Assembly (NCBI GenBank): GCA_951406725.2
Contig: OX597815.1
Span: 69,688,001 to 69,752,000 of the forward strand
Length of the DNA stretch: 64,000 bases
Direction of reading: 5' to 3'
Origin: Octopus vulgaris
Taxonomy: Eukaryota
The stretch's first letter is position 1. Each line of letters opens with the position of its first letter. Under the pieces are notes generated by a model. The model had not been told where the DNA came from, ran no database searches, and saw nothing but the letters and a program-made list of their open reading frames with translations. Positions 59,794-64,000 of the stretch are shown in pieces. A program made the position numbers and the translations under genes.

Positions 59794-60029
59794 TGTATGT
59801 ATGTATGTATGTATGTATGTATGTATGTATGTATGTACGTAATGTATGTATGTATGTATGTATGTACGTAATGTATGTATGTATCTATGTATGTATCTAT
59901 GTATGTATATAAGCATACATATATGTATATATAATATAATATAGATGTATATGTACATATAAATGTATATCTATATGCATATGTACACACGCGCGAGCGC
60001 ACACGCACGCACACACACACACGCACATA

Positions 60030-60119
<90 letters not shown>

Positions 60120-61244
60120 TCACAGATATTCATGGCAGCTAGACGAGACTAACAAACCCTACATCTTTCTATTCGCTTCTGCCTTTTTTCTATCTAAACT
60201 TATCTTCTCTTCTTTCTCTCCCTTCATTTTTAACCCCTCATTCTTCGCTCTGTCTTTTTCTCTCCTGATACCTTCTCTATCAGTCTGTCACTCTCTCTCT
60301 CTCTCTCTTTTTCTCCCTCTCTTTCTCTCTCTCTCTTTCTCTCTCTCTCTCTCATTCTTTCTCTTTTTTGCTCCCTCTTGCTCCCTCGCTCTCTCTATTT
60401 CTCTGTCACACATAAACCCATACATACAAGCGCATACCTTTAGTTACATACATACAAACACACACATACACACAGGCATATATGCATGCATACATACACA
60501 TATGCATATGCTGTCGTCTGCACTTTTAACATTCCCCTCATGTTCATATACACACACGCGCACATATTTAAGTGCGTTTGTACATGTACCCCTGTATCTG
60601 TGTGCGCCTTTATACGTGTGTGTGTGTGCGTGTGCTCATGAGAATGAAAATGATAGTATATATTCGGTGTGTTTGTGTTATTGTATGTATATATTTGTAC
60701 ATATATATTTATGTATATATACATATATACATATATATACATATATGTTTTATATATATATATATATATATACATATATACATACATACATATATATGCA
60801 TGCATATACATATATATATGTATATATATATGTATATATGTATATATATATATGTGTGTGTGTGTGTGTATGTATACATAAATATAAACAAAGATATATA
60901 ATATACATGCATATATATATATATATATATATATATCGCCAGAACATACAGCTACGTTTTAGGCATGCTTTGATTTAAATACTACATACATATATTCATG
61001 TCCTTACTCCATTGCTTCCGTGAATAAGAGGTTGTGGGTGTCTGTAGCTGTACGTGCTTGTCAATGTGTGTGAGTGTTTGTGCAGAACTATGCATACACG
61101 TGCACCGCACGCACATATACAGTTTATATATCAGGTGCACGTTTGCATGTGCATACGCGAATAGCTGGTTGCTAGGCATTCATTACATAAAAACATGTCA
61201 CATCAAAGCAAAAGAGTAGCACAATCGGCTCCGATTCACACACT

Positions 61245-62050
61245 TCCACTACCACCTACACCACCACTACTGCCGCCATCGCCGCCGCTACCACTACCAC
61301 TACCACTACCACCACTACAGGCACCACTGCCATCACCACCGCTATTGTTGCTATCACCATCGTCACCGTCATCATCATCATCATCATCGTCATCACCAGT
61401 ATATAAAGTGCTTTACTTTTTTACTTTTTCCTGTGGACGTCACCGCCAACCCAAACACCACTACCTCAACTGCCGCTGCCACCACCATTTATCATCATCA
61501 TCATCATCATCATCATCATTTTATAGAGCTCTTCTTTCCTGTATTTACCAATTTCTGTCGACTTCACCTCCACCACCACCACCGTCGCCGCCGCCGCCAG
61601 CAACAACAACCACCACCACTTCCGCCACTACCAACACCGCCTCTGCTGTTGCCGCCGCCACCGCCAGCATCCTCGCCTTTAATTCCACTGCTCCTGCCTC
61701 TATCGCCCACAGAAACAATCACTACCTTAACTACCACCACAACCACGACCAGTACATCAAATACCTTTATATTCACCTCTAAAAGCATTACTATAGCCAC
61801 AACTATAATCGCCACTATCACTGCCACCACTTCAAACAATACCCTAAACACCACCTCAACCGCCATCATCGCATCAATCATCCGTATAACTAACACCAGC
61901 ACCACAACCACCCACACCACTAACACCAACACCAATACCAACACCACCATCGCTCCCATACCGACCTCAACCATCTCCACAACTACTGCAACCAGTACCA
62001 CAATCATTACCATACTTGTACAACCACCAACACCTTACAAACCACCATTG
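61245..62050. repeat. Degenerate (CCA/CAT/CAA)n trinucleotide low-complexity region; similar region at 41880-42480
   Basis: Direct reading; the overlapping Pro/Thr/His-rich ORFs show no domain. Confidence 0.85.
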
Positions 62051-62584
62051 CTACAAGAACAATATTTTAACCACCTTCGGTAACGACTTCACCGACACTG
62101 TCCCCACCATCTCTCATTATCTTCAGAATTTCCAACCATCTTCATCATTGTCCTCGTAGCGGTGTTGTTGTCACCATCTCCATCAGTTGTTTCCAATAAC
62201 AACATCACCATCGCTCCTACTTTCCCCACTTCCCCCACTTCCCCCACTGCCACGACCATCACTCTCACTATCGGGAGCCATTAAGGGACCCACTGGGAAG
62301 TCATTCTATGTTTTCAACCTCCTAGGTGGAAGCTAACGTGAGACTAAACATATTCATTCACAACTCACCCCAACACTCAAAAATATGTCAGTGAGGGAGC
62401 CTCAGCAGTTTCACTGAGCCTCCTAGATGGGAATTAACATGACTCTAAATATTTTTCACATGTAACCAACAATCGCATTCACCAATATAAATATACCACA
62501 CGACAAAATAATGCTGGAAACTACTGCCATCATTTCACCATTTACACTACACTTAGACGATAAAATTATGCAAACTGACTCGTT

Positions 62585-62801
62585 TTATTTGTTTACTTGT
62601 TTCAGTCATTTGACTGCGGCCATGCTGGAGCACCGCCTTAAAGGATGGCATTTTTAGTCGAAGAAATCGACCCTAAGACTTATTCTTTGTAATCCTAGTA
62701 CGAATTCTATCGGTTTCTTTTGCCTAACCGCTAAGTTACGCGGTCGTGAACACACTAATATCGGTTGTCAAGTGATGGTGGAGGGTCAAACATAGACACA
62801 A

Positions 62802-62833
<32 letters not shown>

Positions 62834-62975
62834 GATGGGCTTCCTTCAGTTTCCGTCTACCAAATCCACTCACAAGGCTTTGGTCAACCTGAGTCTGTGG
62901 TAGAAGACACTTGTCCAAGGTGCCACGCAGTGGGATTGAATCCGGAACCATGTGGTTGGGAAGCAAACTTCGCAT
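62585..62975 (-). mobile_element. SINE family B (CORE-like), nearly complete, with internal (TA)(TG) microsatellite
   Basis: catggttccggattcaatcccactgcgtggcaccttggacaagtgtcttctac head/core; 3' aaggcggtgctccagcatggccgcagtcaaatgactgaaacaagtaaa. Confidence 0.9.
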
Positions 62976-63264
62976 GTATTAACTTTGGCCAATACCAAGA
63001 ACCAGCACTCATTCAAATCCAATCAATCAAAATCAATTGCTTAGCGAAATCATAGGATCACCGAAAGAAACAAAACCTTCTCTCATTATCCTTTCCAATT
63101 GTCAGTCATTTTCAGTTCCTTTTTTAGTATCTTCGACGCTGTCCAGTAACTCCTAAATTTGCATCCATGATGAACCCGTAATTTTTAACTTTCCATGCAA
63201 AGTGGAATTGTTCGTATGATCTCTAGTAGGTCACAAAAGAAGTAAGAAACACTGTCCTGTACTA

Positions 63265-63510
63265 GGTGGAGTCGTGTGGCTTAGTGCTTAGGGACGTTGC
63301 ACGTATGATCGTAAGATTGCAGTTTCGATTCCTGGACCGAGTAATGAGCTGTGTTCTTGGGCAAAACATATTTTACAGTGCTCTAGTTCACTTCACGTAG
63401 CAAAAATGAATAATTCTGCGACGGACCGGCATCCCGTTCAGGTGTGGGTAGAATATATCTATATCTGCCACAGAATCCTGAAACCGGCCTTATGAGTTAT
63501 GGCCCGGGCA
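63265..63510 (+). mobile_element. Another diverged tRNA-derived CORE-like SINE
   Basis: gtgtggcttagtgctta (A-box-like), gtttcgattcc (B-box-like), then gtgttcttgggcaaaaca and gcgacggaccggcatcccgttcagg. Confidence 0.65.
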
Positions 63511-63668
63511 CGACCTTTGACCTTTTTTTGGTGGTTTGGGGTTGCATTTATAACCTGATATAAATGGATGCATTTATAACCTGATATAAATGCAAAGAGT
63601 ATCAACTGTTGTATTTCATCCGAGTCCATCTTGCCCACCCGTTTGCGGTTGCCACTATAACATCAGTG

Positions 63669-63781
<113 letters not shown>

Positions 63782-64000
63782 ACTGCAGTCAACTTTGATA
63801 AAATAAGCATTTGATGTATCAGCATGCCGAATGCTATATTTACATACCGAATTCTACCAGTAAATAATTGGGTTTAGAGAGCTTCAACAGAGTCACTCAG
63901 CCTCCTAAAATATAACTACAACCAAATCTCTCTCAAATCCCGCCTCGATGCTTAAAAACCAGAATGAGACATTGGATAATGTAACCCTACATATACTGTG

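Noticed and set aside
61195-62083. Pro/Thr/His-rich mucin- or extensin-like ORFs
   Set aside because: Degenerate trinucleotide repeat open in several frames on both strands; no exon evidence

Overview
AT-rich, microsatellite-saturated eukaryotic (animal) DNA with no recognisable host gene exon. The repeat spectrum strongly resembles a coleoid cephalopod, most likely Octopus (inference). Almost all ORFs in the track are artefacts of (TA)n/(TACA)n/(TATC)n/(GAA)n/(TAA)n arrays. Real coding content is all transposon-derived: five R4/Dong-like RLE-type LINE pieces (one near-intact, 51094-54040, in a (TAA)n array), RTE-clade LINEs ending in three C2H2 zinc fingers, a DD37D/maT-like Tc1/mariner relic and a mariner fragment. 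Two tRNA-derived SINE families are abundant. Highlights: (1) several unrelated short repeats beside (TA)n tracts carry minimal type I hammerhead ribozyme folds with palindromic stem III, two of them as inverted pairs, pointing to multiple non-autonomous Penelope/retrozyme-like families; (2) a near full-length RTE-ZnF element has a 5' inversion with twin-priming geometry; (3) tandem SINE multimers re-enter at a fixed internal point; (4) templated-insertion scars, including a 24-nt mariner snippet copied into a LINE 3 kb away. All calls were made by eye; no searches were run.
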